Shown: positions 30,443 through 39,886 of the stretch, piece by piece
Position numbering within the stretch: position 1 is the stretch's first letter
Layout of the letters: each line of letters starts with the position of its first letter
NCBI GenBank assembly: GCA_965226555.1
Contig: CBDDDG010000021.1
Span: 96,001 to 160,000 of the forward strand
Reading direction: 5' to 3'
DNA from: Salinispira sp.
Lineage (GTDB): Bacteria; Spirochaetota; Spirochaetia; DSM-27196; Salinispiraceae
Length of the DNA stretch: 64,000 bases
Translations under genes and position numbers: made by a program
Notes under the pieces: model-generated
Databases searched by the model: none
What the model was told of the DNA's origin: nothing
What the model saw: only the letters and a program-made list of their open reading frames with translations

Positions 30443-31649
30443 CTACCGAAATTTTTTCAAATTCTCTATTTTTGTCCAGTCTTTGGTAATAATGGACTGA
30501 ATCTCTTCGCTATCTTTCAGTTCTCCATGTATTATACCTTTAGGGACACCATACTCTCTCTCTATGTTCTCATTTTTTGTTATTATCGATTTAATTATTT
30601 CATACCACCTATCAGAACAGTACTCCTTGGCACCTTCAATGATTTTGATTGCCTCATCGAAGACTTTACCTGACACAATTATGTTCGTAAATTCGGTGTT
30701 TTGGCCTATTCGATCCTTTAATGATTGATATTCTTCTTCTGTAGCATATGCCCCTTGGCAGTGGGCTCCCCTAAAATGCGCCCCTTGGCACTGAGCAAAC
30801 GTAAAATTTGCCCCTTGGCATCTGATGTCTATGAAACTCGTCCCTTGACATTGAGCTAACGTAAAGTTCGCCCCTTGGCATTGGGCTCTCCAAAAACCTG
30901 CACCTTGACAATGGGCTTCTATAAAACTCGTTTCCTGTAATACGGATTCTTCAAACCCTGCCCCAGGGCACTGGGCTTTCAAAAAACTTGCCCCTTGGCA
31001 CTGGGCTTTCCAAAAATCCGCACCCTGGCACTGGGCTTCCAAAACTTTGCATCTTGGCACTGAGCTTCCAAAACTTTGCATCTTGGCACTGAGCTTCCCA
31101 AAACTTTGCCTTAACCAAATACGCATGGCTAAAATCCGGCGGTGGTAGTTGGTTTGCAAAGTTTTGCAGATAGAGTCCCTTATTCTGAGTATCATCCCTG
31201 ACCAGTAGATTAATGGCAGTCTGTATTTCATTGGATGGGCGTTCTGAATACTTCTCCTGATAATTTTTGCTTCCGGTTTTTGACTGAATATGTGAGCAGA
31301 GAATTTGTGCAACCTGAACACGGTATTGTTCTTCTTCAAGTGCTAAATTATACAGTGCATACACTGCCCCCGTTCGGGCCGAAGTCTTGCTGTTGCCAAG
31401 CAGGGTAACAGCAGCAGTGAAACGGTCATCACGCCGTTGACGTATTTGCAGTTCAATCCGCCGGAATAATAACCATAAAGTAACAATCGCACCGAAAAAA
31501 GTAATCATCTGTGCAAGGGTGGGCTTTTCTCCCTTATCAATAAAGAATCCATAACAGAAATAGTCCAATGCGATAAGGGTAGAAACAATTACGACTATAA
31601 TACCTACCAAGTATTTTACCACATGCTTTTTGAAATGCTTTTCAGTCAT
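30443..31649 (-). pseudogene. Membrane-anchored pentapeptide-repeat protein, frameshifted in the repeat tract (about 31030-31090)
   Basis: The N-half (2 TM, DRFTAAVTLLG..ARTGAVYAL) and C-half (AQCQGA.F repeats) are in different frames; two 29-bp units lie among 30-bp units. Confidence 0.85.
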
Positions 31650-31776
31650 TGCTTATATCTCCTTTACGGCAATGCAGATCATAAATAAATAATAATAAAA
31701 TTCTCTCAAATAATCAACAAAACTGTGCCCCAAACATAACGTATGGTGGGGGGTATTGTGTTTGATGGAACTCCAA

Positions 31777-31805
31777 TAAAAAAGCCCCGTTCTAAGGGGT
31801 TTTTG
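31777..31805. terminator. Hairpin with A/T tails, possible bidirectional terminator
   Basis: AAAAAAGCCCC-gttctaa-GGGGTTTTT. Confidence 0.5.
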
Positions 31806-31879
31806 ATATATCAGCCCGGATAACAAAACGAAATATCGGACTATTTCGGGAAAAACCCATTGCATTATTGAGAATTGCC

Positions 31880-32107
31880 GCCGTCTTTTTCTCTATACCC
31901 AGTTTTTCCGCAGCCCGTTTTGTGCCAATCTCTCCGGAAAGCTCCACAACCTGCTCCGATGGACAGCAATATACATCGACTGCGTTGTGATATATTATGA
32001 GAGACAATGAGCCTGCCGGGCGGGCTTCCGCATGAAACACCTTTGGTCGGCTCTGCCGTTCTTGCGGCTCTAATGAGCCTGCCGGGCGGGCTTCCGCATG
32101 AAACACC
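31880..32107. other. Scar of fragments: transposase-like HTH remnant (-), 55-bp Rpn internal fragment (+), 35-bp direct repeat
   Basis: EQVVELSGEIGTKRAAEKLGI; 31957-32011 matches the Rpn DGKRYTSTALWYIMRDNE codons; ATGAGCCTGCCGGGCGGGCTTCCGCATGAAACACC occurs twice. Confidence 0.6.
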
Positions 32108-32135
32108 GGCTATTGCGGGCACTGGAGAATAACGA

Positions 32136-33110
32136 ATGAGCGAGATGCAGAGTACCATACAGAATCGTACAATCTTCTGTAAGGACAACCTCGAAGTGCT
32201 GCGGGGAATGAATACCGGCAGTATCGACCTCATCTATCTTGATCCTCCCTTCAACAAGAAAAAAACCTTTACCGCTCCCATAACATCAACTGCGAAAGGG
32301 GCGAGTTTTAAGGATATTTTTCAGGAAGAAGATGTGAAGGCTGAATGGGTGGAAACAATTCGCGAGGATAATGTTTCTCTGTATGAGCTGCTCGATTTTG
32401 CCCGGAAGTCGGAGGGCAGAACATCGTATAATTTTTGCTATTTGTCGTATATGGCAATTCGGCTAATAGAGATACATCGAGTACTGAAAGATACCGGCAG
32501 CGTCTATCTTCATTGCGATCCGACCATGAGCCATTATCTCAAACTCTCCATGGATTGCATTTTTGGAGAGAAAAACTTCAGAAATGAAATTATATGGTGC
32601 TATACATTCCCCGGAAATTTTCCCCGAGACTTCCCCCGGCGGCACGATGTATTGTTCAGATATTCGAAAACGGATACGAGGGTTTTTAACAAACACGATA
32701 TATCTCTGAAGTACAAGGCTCATTTTACCCCCGCGAGAGGCGTTCAGGGACACAAAGACTATGACGAAGCACATAAAATACAAAGACATGAGCAGGGAAA
32801 AACCCCGGAGGACTGGTGGACCGATATTTCAAATGTTTCGCAATGGAAAAATGAATTAGTCGGTTATCCAACTCAGAAACCGCTTGCACTTCTGGAACGA
32901 ATTATAAAAAGCAGTTCCAATGAAGGGGACATTGTGCTCGATCCTTTCTGCGGATGCGCAACGACCTGTGTTGCTGCTGAGAAATTGCAACGGAAATGGA
33001 TAGGAGTCGATATAAGCGTTGAAGCCTTTAACGTGGTGAAAAAGCGGCTCAGTCAGGAAGTTGAAATGAACGGCACAATTTTCTATGAACCCTCATCCAT
33101 TATCCACTGA
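32136..33110 (+). CDS. Orphan N4/N6 DNA methyltransferase (beta class)
   Basis: IYLDPPFN, YPTQKP.ALLERII, VLDPFCGCATT; 3' end overlaps the aroK end. Confidence 0.92.
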   Translation: MSEMQSTIQNRTIFCKDNLEVLRGMNTGSIDLIYLDPPFNKKKTFTAPITSTAKGASFKDIFQEEDVKAEWVETIREDNVSLYELLDFARKSEGRTSYNFCYLSYMAIRLIEIHRVLKDTGSVYLHCDPTMSHYLKLSMDCIFGEKNFRNEIIWCYTFPGNFPRDFPRRHDVLFRYSKTDTRVFNKHDISLKYKAHFTPARGVQGHKDYDEAHKIQRHEQGKTPEDWWTDISNVSQWKNELVGYPTQKPLALLERIIKSSSNEGDIVLDPFCGCATTCVAAEKLQRKWIGVDISVEAFNVVKKRLSQEVEMNGTIFYEPSSIIH

Positions 33111-33734
33111 TTCCTTTATCATAGCAAAAAATTTCTTCTTCGGCATGTCGGCGGCGCGAATGCAGATATTGGCAGCGTCGCGGGCGAGCGGGCGGCGCCG
33201 TTCGTAGATTTCATGAAAGGTTTTTCGGGGATTGTCTGTTTCAAGATATGGCGGGAATCCCCTTCGCTGTATGCGCTCAAAGAGAATGTTTTCTGGAAGA
33301 TCAAGAAACAGGGTGAGCATGCGGCGCTTCTGTATGGCTGCAATGAGGGGGCGGTTTTCCATGCTGCCGCCTCCGGTCGCAAGCACAAGGCCATCCGGCG
33401 GAAGCTGCGAAAAGGCAGCGAGCTCAGCAGCCCTGAACCAGCTTTCTCCCTTCTGACGGTAGAGCTGCCGTATGGAATCTGCGGATGGATGCGCTTTGAG
33501 AATGCAATTATCAAGATCAAAAAAGGGGATATCAAGATACTTTGCCAACCTGCGGCCATGATGTGTTTTCCCGCTATGTTTTAACCCGATGAGGGCAAAA
33601 TCCTGCGCAAAACCCCTCAGAGCCCTGCCAACCCCCGTCCGCTCGCCAACCCCCGTCCGCTCGCCAACCCCCGTCCGCTCGCCGGATACATCAGCTTCAT
33701 CAGGCAAATTTATCAAAGTAGATTCGTTTGTCAT
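33093..33734 (-). CDS. aroK: Shikimate kinase
   Basis: LIGLKHSGKT P-loop, DLD, GE..FR..E, LATGGG. Start uncertain; (GERTGV)x3 repeat at the N-terminus. Confidence 0.9.
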   Translation of the reverse strand: MTNESTLINLPDEADVSGERTGVGERTGVGERTGVGRALRGFAQDFALIGLKHSGKTHHGRRLAKYLDIPFFDLDNCILKAHPSADSIRQLYRQKGESWFRAAELAAFSQLPPDGLVLATGGGSMENRPLIAAIQKRRMLTLFLDLPENILFERIQRRGFPPYLETDNPRKTFHEIYERRRPLARDAANICIRAADMPKKKFFAMIKESVDNG

Positions 33735-34821
33735 CCATGTCATTATCGCGCATGACCACCATGCAGGCGTCAAGCATGCCGGGGCTGCCGCAGAGGTAGC
33801 CCTCCTTTTCGGCATTTTTCAGATGATCCTGTTTCAGATATTTATCAAGTACGGTTGTAATGAGGCCGGTTTCTCCATCCCATTCGCTGCCTTCCTCGGG
33901 TTCGGAGAGGGCGGGGATGAAATGGAAAGTGGGGTACTTCTTTTCAAGTTCGCGGAGCCAACTGAGATAAAAAATATCCCGAATGGACAGAGCCCCGAAG
34001 AAATACCAGACCTCCCGTTCGTTAATTTCTCCTGAATGGATCATATCATTAAAAATAGACTTAAATGGCGCCATGCCCGAACCGCCCGCAACACAGATCA
34101 TGGTCGCCGTAGTGGACTGCACGTGAAAATCGCCGACGGGAAGCACCATGTTAAGATGGTCGCCTTCCTTGAGATAATCGTGCGCGTAGGTTGTTACAAT
34201 ACCCCCGGGAACCAGCCGTATAAGGAATTCCACGTACCCCTTCTGATAAGGAGCGGAGGAAAAGGAATATGCCCGCTGCGTTGTTTCTCTGATCTTTGCG
34301 TACTTTGGCGCTTCAACCTGCCCGTACTGCCCTGCCGTGTAGTTAACTTCCACACCCTCGGGAAGTTTTACCAGCACCTCCTTAATGTCGTGCGTGAGAT
34401 CGGTAATTTTTTCAACGGTACCGTTTACCTTTTTAATGTTAAAAAGACTTTCTGGAATGTCAATGGCAAGGTTCTGTTTAACCTTAATTTGGCAGGCAAG
34501 CCGTGTACTGTCGGCGAGTTCCTCTGTTGTAAGATAGGGGATTTCAGTAGGCAGAACGGGGCCGATATCGGTGGTAATCTTCACCTTGCAGGCGCCGCAG
34601 CTGCCCCGGCCTCCGCAGGCGGATGGGAGAAAAATATCCTGCTCGGAAAGGCTCAGGAGAAGGTTGCTTCCCCCTGTTACCTCAACCTGGCGTTTTCCCT
34701 CATTAATGGAAATATCAAGCTGACCATAATTGTTTACAATTTTGTCGGTAATGGAAATGAGCGCTCCCAGAATTGCGCTCACCGCTCCAAGGGCAAGGGG
34801 GGCAAGAATGAGTGTTGACAT
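33700..34821 (-). CDS. nqrF: Na+-NQR subunit F-like (2Fe-2S, FAD, NADH binding)
   Basis: N-terminal TM, SACGGRGSCGAC, RLACQ, RAYS, AGGSGMAP, YLCGSP, YFDKF. Confidence 0.88.
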   Translation of the reverse strand: MSTLILAPLALGAVSAILGALISITDKIVNNYGQLDISINEGKRQVEVTGGSNLLLSLSEQDIFLPSACGGRGSCGACKVKITTDIGPVLPTEIPYLTTEELADSTRLACQIKVKQNLAIDIPESLFNIKKVNGTVEKITDLTHDIKEVLVKLPEGVEVNYTAGQYGQVEAPKYAKIRETTQRAYSFSSAPYQKGYVEFLIRLVPGGIVTTYAHDYLKEGDHLNMVLPVGDFHVQSTTATMICVAGGSGMAPFKSIFNDMIHSGEINEREVWYFFGALSIRDIFYLSWLRELEKKYPTFHFIPALSEPEEGSEWDGETGLITTVLDKYLKQDHLKNAEKEGYLCGSPGMLDACMVVMRDNDMDDKRIYFDKFA

Positions 34822-34834
34822 TTTTGTGCGCTCC

Positions 34835-35428
34835 TTACTGTATCCGCAGCATTCCGGAAAATCCGATGAATGCCATGGCCATAAATCCAATGGTAATAAG
34901 GGTTATTCCCGGCCCCTGCAGAGCTTCAGGAACCGGCGCCTTATCTGTTTTTTTGCGGATGGCGGCAAGCGCAAGAATTGCGAGCCACCAGCCGATACCG
35001 CTTCCGAATGAGTATATGACTGTTTGAATGAAACTATAGTTTCGAATCTGCAGAAAGAGACTAACACCGAGAATGGCGCAGTTTACCGTAATGAGCGGAA
35101 GGAAAATACCAAGCGTCATATAGAGCTCTGGACTCACTCTGTCAATTATCATCTCAAGTATCTGCACCACCGCCGCTATGACAATGATAAAGACAATGAA
35201 CCGCAGATATTCCAGTTCGAGAGGGATAAGAACGAAGTGCAGCACAATCCAGTTCAGTATACCGGTAACCAGCAGTACAAGGGTTACTGCCATTCCCAAT
35301 CCGTTTGAACTTTTAAAATTCTTTGAAATTGCAATAAAAGAACACATCCCGAGAAAATTTGAGAGCAGAATGTTCGATGTGAAAATTGATGCAAAAAGAA
35401 GTTCCATGGGGTTTAATACAGGGCTCAT
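34835..35428 (-). CDS. nqrE: Na+-NQR subunit E (NqrDE/RnfAE family)
   Basis: FLGMCSF, FLPLITVNCAILG, MAMAF.GF.G. Confidence 0.9.
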   Translation of the reverse strand: MSPVLNPMELLFASIFTSNILLSNFLGMCSFIAISKNFKSSNGLGMAVTLVLLVTGILNWIVLHFVLIPLELEYLRFIVFIIVIAAVVQILEMIIDRVSPELYMTLGIFLPLITVNCAILGVSLFLQIRNYSFIQTVIYSFGSGIGWWLAILALAAIRKKTDKAPVPEALQGPGITLITIGFMAMAFIGFSGMLRIQ

Positions 35429-36048
35429 TGTTCACCTCCTGCCTGTGATTTTAGCATGTATGATTTCGCAATCCAGAGAAGGATGCCGAGCATGAAAAAT
35501 GCGCTTGGCGCCATTACCATGATCGTCCAGTTATATCCGCCGTTTGTAAAATCGGTCGGGAGGACACGGAAGCCGAAAAGCGTGCCGAAACCGAGGAGTT
35601 CCCGAAAAAAGGCAATGAAAATGAGCACCGACATGTATCCAAGCCCGCTTGTGAAGCCGTCCCAGAAAGAAATGAGCGGCGGATTACTCTGCGCGAAGGC
35701 CTCCGCCCGCCCCATAATGATGCAGTTCGTTATAATGAGCCCGACGTAGGGGCCAAGATTTTTGCTTATTTCCGGGCTGAAAGCCTTGAGAAGAAGATCG
35801 ACAATAATAACATAAAACGCAATAATGAGCGTCTGCACGATCATGCGGACCTTTCGGGGAATGAGCTTTTTGATAATTGAGATAGTGAGATTCGAGAAGG
35901 CTGTTACAAGAATTACCCCCGCGGTCATGATCATGGTGTTTGTGAGAAGGTTGGTGACGGCAAGCGTTGAGCAAATTCCCAGCATTTGAATGAGAATGGG
36001 ATTGTTCTCCCATACGTTTTCTTTGAGCATGTGTTGTGTCTGACTCAC
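35425..36048 (-). CDS. nqrD: Na+-NQR subunit D
   Basis: NNPI.IQMLGICSTLAVT, VGLIITNCIIMGRAEAFA, APSAFF. Confidence 0.92.
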   Translation of the reverse strand: MSQTQHMLKENVWENNPILIQMLGICSTLAVTNLLTNTMIMTAGVILVTAFSNLTISIIKKLIPRKVRMIVQTLIIAFYVIIVDLLLKAFSPEISKNLGPYVGLIITNCIIMGRAEAFAQSNPPLISFWDGFTSGLGYMSVLIFIAFFRELLGFGTLFGFRVLPTDFTNGGYNWTIMVMAPSAFFMLGILLWIAKSYMLKSQAGGEQ

Positions 36049-36719
36049 AGATCACCTCCGAGTATTGTATGTATATCTCTCACTGCCTGAGATACGATGG
36101 CCTTCATTGAGTTGCTTGTTACCGTTGCTCCGGTTATTGCATCAATCATATTATCATCCGGTTCATCGGCGGCGCCGGAACCGCTGGCGCCAAGTTCCAT
36201 ACTTCCGCCTGCCATTATCTCGGCGGAAATTGCCTGATCTCTGAATTGTTCCTTGAACCAATCTTCATCAATTCTCCCGCCAAGACCCGGCGTTTCACTC
36301 TGGTTAATTATTTCCAGACCGGTAAAGCGGGTGAGATCCGCATTAAAACCTATGACAACCTCAATAGTGCCCCATAATCCCGGTCCCTGAGTTCTCAGGG
36401 CATAGATATTTTCCCCGCTGCCCCGTATTCCGCCGGACTGCGATCCGCTGTCCTGCGATCCGTTGCCCCGCGATGTATAATAGGTGAAATCGCCCGATGT
36501 TGCTGTTTCAACACCATCGAATTTTTCAATAATATCGTTCCGATTGTCGGGGTCGTAGGCAATGCCCAAGGCATTGAGCACTGCGCGGTTTGCAACAATT
36601 TGCTGATTCTCCCGAACAAGATCAACAGTTCCGACATTCGTGAGGGCAAGAAAAAACACACAGACAAAGGTAATTACAAAACAAAAGATAACGGTATATA
36701 TGATGTTGTTCTTATTCAT
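36045..36719 (-). CDS. nqrC: Na+-NQR subunit C (FMN-binding)
   Basis: G.GLWG.I, ETPGLGGRI...WF..QF, DAITGAT.TS. Confidence 0.9.
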   Translation of the reverse strand: MNKNNIIYTVIFCFVITFVCVFFLALTNVGTVDLVRENQQIVANRAVLNALGIAYDPDNRNDIIEKFDGVETATSGDFTYYTSRGNGSQDSGSQSGGIRGSGENIYALRTQGPGLWGTIEVVIGFNADLTRFTGLEIINQSETPGLGGRIDEDWFKEQFRDQAISAEIMAGGSMELGASGSGAADEPDDNMIDAITGATVTSNSMKAIVSQAVRDIHTILGGDL

Positions 36720-38002
36720 GTTGTCGTTCCTGCTGGTTTTTCTGATTTTTTCGGTTCGGCTGATTGGGCTGATTGGGCGGCGGGGTTTGCCGGTTTTTTT
36801 GCTGGGGCAGCAGGTTTTGCCTTCCTGCTTTTTTTCTTTGGCGCCGGCGATATTTCATCGAGGAGATTAGCGAAGGTATTTCCCACGAGAATACCGAAAC
36901 TTGTACCTTCAGGAAATCCGCTGAATACACGGATGAGAATGGTTACCGATCCAATGATTATACCGTAGAGAAATTGGGCGAGCGGTTTGTTTGGTCCTGA
37001 AACGGGATCGGTCGACATGAAAACCGCAACATAGAAAAGGGAGCCGGAAAAAAGAAACTTGGTAATATCGAGTATGTGCCCTGTTACATTGGTGTTCTGC
37101 GGATTCATAAGCGCGCCCCCGCTGAGTTCGGCAATGAAGCCTCCATAGTACAGAAAGCTGGTGAGTACAGCGGCCGAAAGCAGAGTCATAAGAATCATGC
37201 GCCAGTTGGCTGTTTTCGTCCAGATAAGATATATCCCCGCAAGTATGATAAGAAAAATGGCACTTTCGCCAATTGAACCAACACGCCGACCGAAGAAGAG
37301 GTTGAGTAAGGTATTATTATTGATAAATTCGTATCCGGCAGGAAGATTATCGGATTGAAGCCCCCGGTATATCTCAAGAGGAGTGACGGTGCTCACTGCA
37401 TCAATTTCCGGTGTCAGTACTCCCGCATATGAGGTAATAACATAGAGAACAACCATAAGAATAATTGCCCCCGCGATAGTTCCCTTCACGAGTTTCTTTT
37501 TTTCAAAGTTATTCGTTACCACGACAAAGAGAATTATGACAATGACAGTCATAAATACCGCTTCCAGAATACTGCTGCTCTGGGGCTGGGTATTGATACC
37601 GGCCGTTCCAAAGAGACCCGGAATCATCCATGTTGTCTGCATGAGGAGCGGAAACGATATATAGGTAAAAATTCGTCCGGTAATAGCCGGATTAAAAATG
37701 TTTCGCCCGAATCCTCCGTAGGCTCCCTTTCCCATAACCACTGAAAAAACCGATGCCAGCGCAGCTACCCAGAGGGGAACAGCGGGCGGAAAGGAGAGGG
37801 CAAGAAGAGCACAGGTAACGAGCACTGCCTCGCTTACCTTTTTATTTTTTGCCTTTTCCATAATAAATTCCGAAAGAATACCCACAGCAAACACCACAAT
37901 ACTGACGGCGAGAACTCTCCAGCCGTACAGCCATAGTGAGTACAGCGCAATAGGCGCAAGCGAATACAGAACCCTTCGCATTATTTGTTGTTTTTGAAAC
38001 AT
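36716..38002 (-). CDS. nqrB: Na+-NQR subunit B (NqrB/RnfD family)
   Basis: GGFGRNIFNPA, DAVSTVTPL, GSIGE, FMSTDPVS, FPEG. Confidence 0.88.
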   Translation of the reverse strand: MFQKQQIMRRVLYSLAPIALYSLWLYGWRVLAVSIVVFAVGILSEFIMEKAKNKKVSEAVLVTCALLALSFPPAVPLWVAALASVFSVVMGKGAYGGFGRNIFNPAITGRIFTYISFPLLMQTTWMIPGLFGTAGINTQPQSSSILEAVFMTVIVIILFVVVTNNFEKKKLVKGTIAGAIILMVVLYVITSYAGVLTPEIDAVSTVTPLEIYRGLQSDNLPAGYEFINNNTLLNLFFGRRVGSIGESAIFLIILAGIYLIWTKTANWRMILMTLLSAAVLTSFLYYGGFIAELSGGALMNPQNTNVTGHILDITKFLFSGSLFYVAVFMSTDPVSGPNKPLAQFLYGIIIGSVTILIRVFSGFPEGTSFGILVGNTFANLLDEISPAPKKKSRKAKPAAPAKKPANPAAQSAQSAEPKKSEKPAGTTT

Positions 38003-38139
38003 TGTTACTCCCGAGATACCGAGCTAAAACCTTCACCAATATGATGGCCGCTACACTTCTGCCGACTCCTCATAGAAACTTTTGCCGATTTCCCATACTA
38101 GTATATATATACTTTTTTATCAATAAAAAAATATCTTTT

Positions 38140-38277
38140 TATGAAAAAGTTTTTGCTACTGAAAATTGTGCTTGCAAAATTTTCCAATAAGGATTTTCTC
38201 AAGGTATAGAAAGTTTTGCTACTGGAAATTGTGCTTGCACAATTTTCCAAGGCAAAACTTTATCAATGCAAAATTTC
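38140..38277. repeat. Family A repeat, tandem partial modules
   Basis: Two TTTTGCTACTG(G/A)AAATTGTGCTTGCA.AATTTTCCAA hairpins. Confidence 0.8.
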
Positions 38278-38439
38278 GCCCATGAATGTGCGTGTACCTT
38301 GACAGTTCTGTCCCACTATGGATATATTCAATATAACAGCAGGGGTGATATTATCCAAGAAGGAAGCCGTGATAAACGGATATTTGCAGGGACGCTGTAT
38401 CAAATAACTATCCCTGCAAAGGAGTTACGAGATGATTGA
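38272..38439 (+). pseudogene. C-terminal remnant of a GHKL/HATPase-like gene
   Basis: NFAHECACTLTVLSHYGYI...FAGTLYQITIPAKELRDD-stop. The stop overlaps the next ATG and the 5' part is replaced by family A repeat. Confidence 0.5.
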
Positions 38440-38770
38440 TGTCATAGATGTTGGTGATGATTTTTCACCGCGATTAATCAACAGAGATAAGACTCAAGGA
38501 GATGGCCGATTCTCTGGTGTAGAGTTCAGAGAAAAATATCTCTCAGGGCTTGAGAAAAAGGAAATGTGGAAGAGCAATGATGTGTTCATAACTCTTGACT
38601 TTGAGCATGTCGAAAAGATTGGCCCTTCATTTGCAAACGAAGTTTTTGCGTACTTTTGCCAGTACGTCAAGGACAAGGCACAGATACATAATAAAATTAA
38701 ATTTCAGCATATCACTAAGGTGAAAATGTCTATTATTAATGAGGAAATAAATTCCGGATTTGACACATGA
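38432..38770 (+). CDS. STAS-like domain protein (DUF4325 type)
   Basis: SG.EFRE.YL, ITLDFEHV.KIGPSFANEVF. Confidence 0.75.
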   Translation: MIDVIDVGDDFSPRLINRDKTQGDGRFSGVEFREKYLSGLEKKEMWKSNDVFITLDFEHVEKIGPSFANEVFAYFCQYVKDKAQIHNKIKFQHITKVKMSIINEEINSGFDT

Positions 38771-38888
38771 AGCGGTATTCCCATCCGTATTAAGAGACGA
38801 CCGTCAATGAAGAGATGCCGGGAATCTATGCACTATATCGCCGCTTGAAATACAAAAAACCAACCATTGAAATGATGATATATGGAAG

Positions 38889-39800
38889 TCATACCAAATG
38901 CACCAATGTGTCAGCGATCACATCGGTTTGGTCAAACAAATCCAACTCAGCGACCGATTGCTCACCCCAAATATTTTTCAAATTCGGCGTGCATTGATAT
39001 GCTTTGTAATGCGCGCGAATGTCATCGGCATCGCCGATGGTTTTTAATCTTGTTTTGATGCATTGCACATTGTTGGAATCCAGTTCAATGCCAATAGATT
39101 TTCGCTGCAATTGTTTGGCGGTCACCAGCGTGGTGCCGGTGCCGGCAAAAGGATCCAAAACCGTATCGCCCAAGTTGCTTGATGACAAAATGATTCGCAA
39201 AAGCAACGCAATCGGCGATTGTTGTTTATGAAATCGGCCGCCATCAGCATCGCGAATCGCTTCTTTACCGGCAAAAAACCCGGAGGTTAACTCGCGAATA
39301 TCATCCCAAACATCGGTAACATATATGCCGTTTTCGCGTTTGACTTTATAGTTCGCCGGCAACTCCGGATTAATACGCAAGCGGTTAAACACCCGCGCCT
39401 TTAATCCTTTTGTCGCATAAACGATTATTTGGTATTGTTTGCCAAACTTGCACGGCACCGGCACCGCCGAAGTTTTCTTTTTCCATATAATTAAGTTTTG
39501 AAAACTCCAGCCGGTCTCACGCAAAACAGTCATCACAAATTCGGCATTCTTTTCGCGCTGCATAAAGTACATTGCTCCGCCTGCGGCGGTGCTGCGATAA
39601 ACGTGACGGCAAACTTCGCGCATCATGTCCCAGTATGCAGCATCATCCATTGCATCGTCGTGCGCAGCGTAAAACTTTCCTTGATTGAATGGCGGATCGA
39701 GATAAGTCACATGCACCGTATCTGCCGCGACTTTTTGCAACTGCGTTAAACAGTCGCCGTCATAAATTATGTGCCGCCCTGAATCGTGGATATGTTTCAT
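38889..39800 (-). CDS. Orphan N4/N6 DNA methyltransferase (beta class)
   Basis: YLDPPFNQG, IIWKK, H.QQSP, VLDPFAGTGTT. Confidence 0.92.
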   Translation of the reverse strand: MKHIHDSGRHIIYDGDCLTQLQKVAADTVHVTYLDPPFNQGKFYAAHDDAMDDAAYWDMMREVCRHVYRSTAAGGAMYFMQREKNAEFVMTVLRETGWSFQNLIIWKKKTSAVPVPCKFGKQYQIIVYATKGLKARVFNRLRINPELPANYKVKRENGIYVTDVWDDIRELTSGFFAGKEAIRDADGGRFHKQQSPIALLLRIILSSSNLGDTVLDPFAGTGTTLVTAKQLQRKSIGIELDSNNVQCIKTRLKTIGDADDIRAHYKAYQCTPNLKNIWGEQSVAELDLFDQTDVIADTLVHLV

Positions 39801-39886
39801 AGCACACATGATAGCCAAAAATCCTGCCCTCTGCAAGAGCGGTGCAACCGCAGATTCCCCACTCATTCAGGCAAGTTCGATGGTGG

